64,000 bases of DNA. Source: Candidatus Saccharimonadota bacterium. GTDB taxonomy: Bacteria; Patescibacteriota; Saccharimonadia; Saccharimonadales; Saccharimonadaceae. Made by a program: the position numbers and the translations under genes. The stretch lies in NCBI GenBank assembly GCA_009781895.1, contig WQUV01000002.1, forward strand, positions 38,293 to 102,292, written 5' to 3'. The notes beneath the pieces are model-generated. The model was not told the origin of the DNA, did not search any database, and saw only the letters and a program-made list of their open reading frames with translations. Below, piece by piece: positions 62,154 to 64,000 of the stretch (within the stretch, counting starts at the first letter, position 1; each line of letters begins with the position of its first letter).

Positions 62154-63097
62154 CCGCGCTTCCTTTTCTCATAGAGTGAGTACCATTTCAGGAGCTGGTA
62201 TTTGAGGCCACGAATCGACAGATCTTGAGCTGGTACATAGTGGACGACTTCGCCGAAGCCGCGTTTGAAGGTAGTGAGCTTGGCGTAGCGGTGGTTGGGC
62301 TCACCCTCGGGTGCGATACCGAAGAGATTGTAGTATTTTAGCCCAAGGGCCTTGAGGTCGCGGATGATCTGCCACTGAATGGCGTAGGCGACTGGGATGT
62401 TGCGGGCTTGCTCTGCGCTCGCGGCTTCGAAGTAGTCGGCTTCGCCTAGCCCGAGTAAAATAATGGCGTAAGCGAGGACTTGATTGTCGACTTTGGCGCG
62501 GTAAAGGAGGGCCTGGTCGCCAAAAGCTTCGCGGAGATGAAGGAGTTCTTGGCGGCTAGGTGGGATGAAGCCCTGGCGCTCGGCAGTTTCGGCTTGCATC
62601 TTGGCGAAATCCTCCCAAGCTTGAGCCGAGGCGCTGTCACTAGACTTAATGCAGTCGACGATGAGATTTGGGTGGCGGTCGAGGTGGCGAATCTCATAGC
62701 GGGTTTGTTTACGCATGGCGGCGAGGAGCTCTTCTTCGCTATGACCAAGATCCATGATGACGGTATTCTCGGCATAGAGATGACGAGGTGAGGGCTTGAA
62801 GCCAGCTTCGCGCATTGTGGTGAGGTTCTCGTCGTTTGCGATAAGCTGAGGGCGGACGCGGACAAAGACGCAATTGGCGGATTTCGCGGCCTCATCAATA
62901 GCTTGAGCGAAAGACTTGACGTCTTTGATGACGGCACCGGCGATTTCAGCGTGACGGCCACGTTTGGCGTCCTTGATGACCATATGATTGCCTGCTACCT
63001 CAATCACTTCGTCACCACAGAGCCTGCGCCACTTGGCGAACTCTGCCCCCTGGAGGAAGTTACGATGCTCGAACTTATTTGCCATCACCTGCCCCAC
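62147..63097 (-). CDS. FemAB-family peptidyltransferase
   Basis: RNFLQGAEFA, YYNLFGI...FKRGFG. Confidence 0.7.
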   Translation of the reverse strand: MGQVMANKFEHRNFLQGAEFAKWRRLCGDEVIEVAGNHMVIKDAKRGRHAEIAGAVIKDVKSFAQAIDEAAKSANCVFVRVRPQLIANDENLTTMREAGFKPSPRHLYAENTVIMDLGHSEEELLAAMRKQTRYEIRHLDRHPNLIVDCIKSSDSASAQAWEDFAKMQAETAERQGFIPPSRQELLHLREAFGDQALLYRAKVDNQVLAYAIILLGLGEADYFEAASAEQARNIPVAYAIQWQIIRDLKALGLKYYNLFGIAPEGEPNHRYAKLTTFKRGFGEVVHYVPAQDLSIRGLKYQLLKWYSLYEKRKRGW

Positions 63098-64000
63098 CGG
63101 CTTCCTTGATAATCTTGATGATCTCTTTCTTCTCTTTAGCGGTAAGGTCGATCGGTAAGTTGATCATTTTTTCGCCGACCTCGTAGGCGATTGGGGTTTT
63201 GGTCGGATCGAAATTAGTGACTTTACTGAAGAGGCGGCGGGGGCCGATAGCGGCATCCCACCAGATGTCGCTAAAGAAGTAGCCATTATTAGTGAGGGCT
63301 TTTAGGACTTGGTTGCGGTTTTCGACTAAGAGTGGGGTGCGACTCATCTTAGGCCCCGCTTGCAGCTGTTCTAGGACGAGTCTTGCCTGCCAGTTGGTGA
63401 TAGTGACATGAGGCTGGACCTTACCCTCAGCGGATTTAGCGATAAGACCAGTATTTAGAGCAATCCAGGCGATAACTTTGCCACCAACTCGATAGAAAGT
63501 GCGGACTTTCCAGCCAACAACCGGATAAAGGCGGTCACTGCGACGGTAGCGGAGGCGCGGCATTTTAGTCGGGGTGTAGATTTTAGCATCGGTAAACTGG
63601 TTGCGAAGTACCAGCGCGGCGCCATGCTCCACGTCTACTGGCTTGCCGCGACCGAACGAGAAAAAGGTGGCGTCACCGACGGTGCCGACCTTGCGACCAT
63701 CACTATAGTCAAGCCCGACGGAGTGTGCGAGGTCCTCTATGATCTTGATCTTAGCGAGCTTGCAGACCTTGTCGATGGTTTTGATGTCGGCAGTAAAGCC
63801 TAGGGTATTCTGGATGATGACGGCTTGGAGGCGGTGCTTCTTGGCGGTTTCTGCTAGAGTTTTTGCCGAAAAGTTAAAGGTCTGCTTGTCGATGTCGAGA
63901 AAGACGACTTTAGCACCAGTATCTTCGACGGCTTGAATGACAGAGTAACAGGTATAGGCATTGACGCCGATCTTAGCGCCAACGACTTTAGCGCCTAGTA
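63075..64000 (-). CDS. DegT/DnrJ/EryC1-type PLP-dependent aminotransferase; N-terminus beyond the right edge
   Basis: The frame is open to the window edge. My translation gives ..VVFLDIDKQTFNF...IIEDLAHSVG...GDATFFSFGRGKPV (PLP Lys context)...INLPIDLTAKEKKEIIKII. The track shows only the last 185 aa. Confidence 0.6.
   Translation of the reverse strand, partial: LGAKVVGAKIGVNAYTCYSVIQAVEDTGAKVVFLDIDKQTFNFSAKTLAETAKKHRLQAVIIQNTLGFTADIKTIDKVCKLAKIKIIEDLAHSVGLDYSDGRKVGTVGDATFFSFGRGKPVDVEHGAALVLRNQFTDAKIYTPTKMPRLRYRRSDRLYPVVGWKVRTFYRVGGKVIAWIALNTGLIAKSAEGKVQPHVTITNWQARLVLEQLQAGPKMSRTPLLVENRNQVLKALTNNGYFFSDIWWDAAIGPRRLFSKVTNFDPTKTPIAYEVGEKMINLPIDLTAKEKKEIIKIIKEAGGAGDGK

Noticed and set aside
1-64000. 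CRISPR arrays, rRNA operons, IS elements, and toxin-antitoxin pairs other than the PIN-TRAM housekeeping type.
   Set aside because: No spaced direct-repeat arrays, no rRNA-like conserved stretches and no transposase or integrase-like ORFs were seen on either strand.

Overview
Gene-dense 64-kb window of about 70 genes, mostly housekeeping. It comes from a small-genome bacterium with Gram-positive-type envelope genes: a sortase, three FemAB-type transferases, HtrA and a compact dcw cluster. The protein sequences and the compact, overlapping gene layout look like Candidate Phyla Radiation / Saccharibacteria, but this is inference and is not verifiable here. The genetic code is standard: TGA, TAA and TAG all terminate, and there are ATGA start/stop overlaps. 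Core content: holB-like (partial), an RluA-family pseudouridine synthase, leuS, trmD, gltX, trxB, dnaG-rpoD, tsaD, tRNA-Thr(UGU), tRNA-Arg(UCU), tuf, pyk, an OmpR/HK pair, dnaX-dnaB, ruvA, murA, efp-rpsR-ssb-rpsF, rplK, nusG-secE, the dcw genes (ftsQ-like, murG, ftsW, mraY, ftsI, ftsL-like, rsmH), greA, proS, mscL, htrA, and FemAB x3 with a DegT-type aminotransferase (partial). No rRNA, CRISPR array, transposase or integrase was seen. Observations most worth follow-up: (1) a complete Nudix domain is inserted in-frame inside LeuS. (2) A sigma-region-4 / RNAP-alpha-CTD-like reading frame with two in-frame TAA codons sits in a cassette that splits nusG from rplK. (3) A conserved SD - 20-nt hairpin - AUG leader module with compensatory base changes lies in front of murA, rplK, proS and possibly ftsI. 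(4) Promoter architecture is two-tier: at least 16 genes have a -10 hexamer 6-8 nt from the start codon (leaderless), whereas five accessory genes share a near-identical 29-nt promoter cassette and long structured leaders. (5) DnaG has lost all four zinc ligands. (6) MurA carries an XRE-HTH fusion. (7) A low-GC patch of gene fragments truncates an SF2 helicase. (8) A C9 tract frameshifts a gene inside the dcw cluster. (9) Two unusually long ORF-free spacers are present, and one has DnaA boxes next to phased AT-rich repeats. (10) There is an orphan protein that may be KwaB/DUF4868-like. All domain calls come from reading the translations and recalling family motifs. No searches were run.
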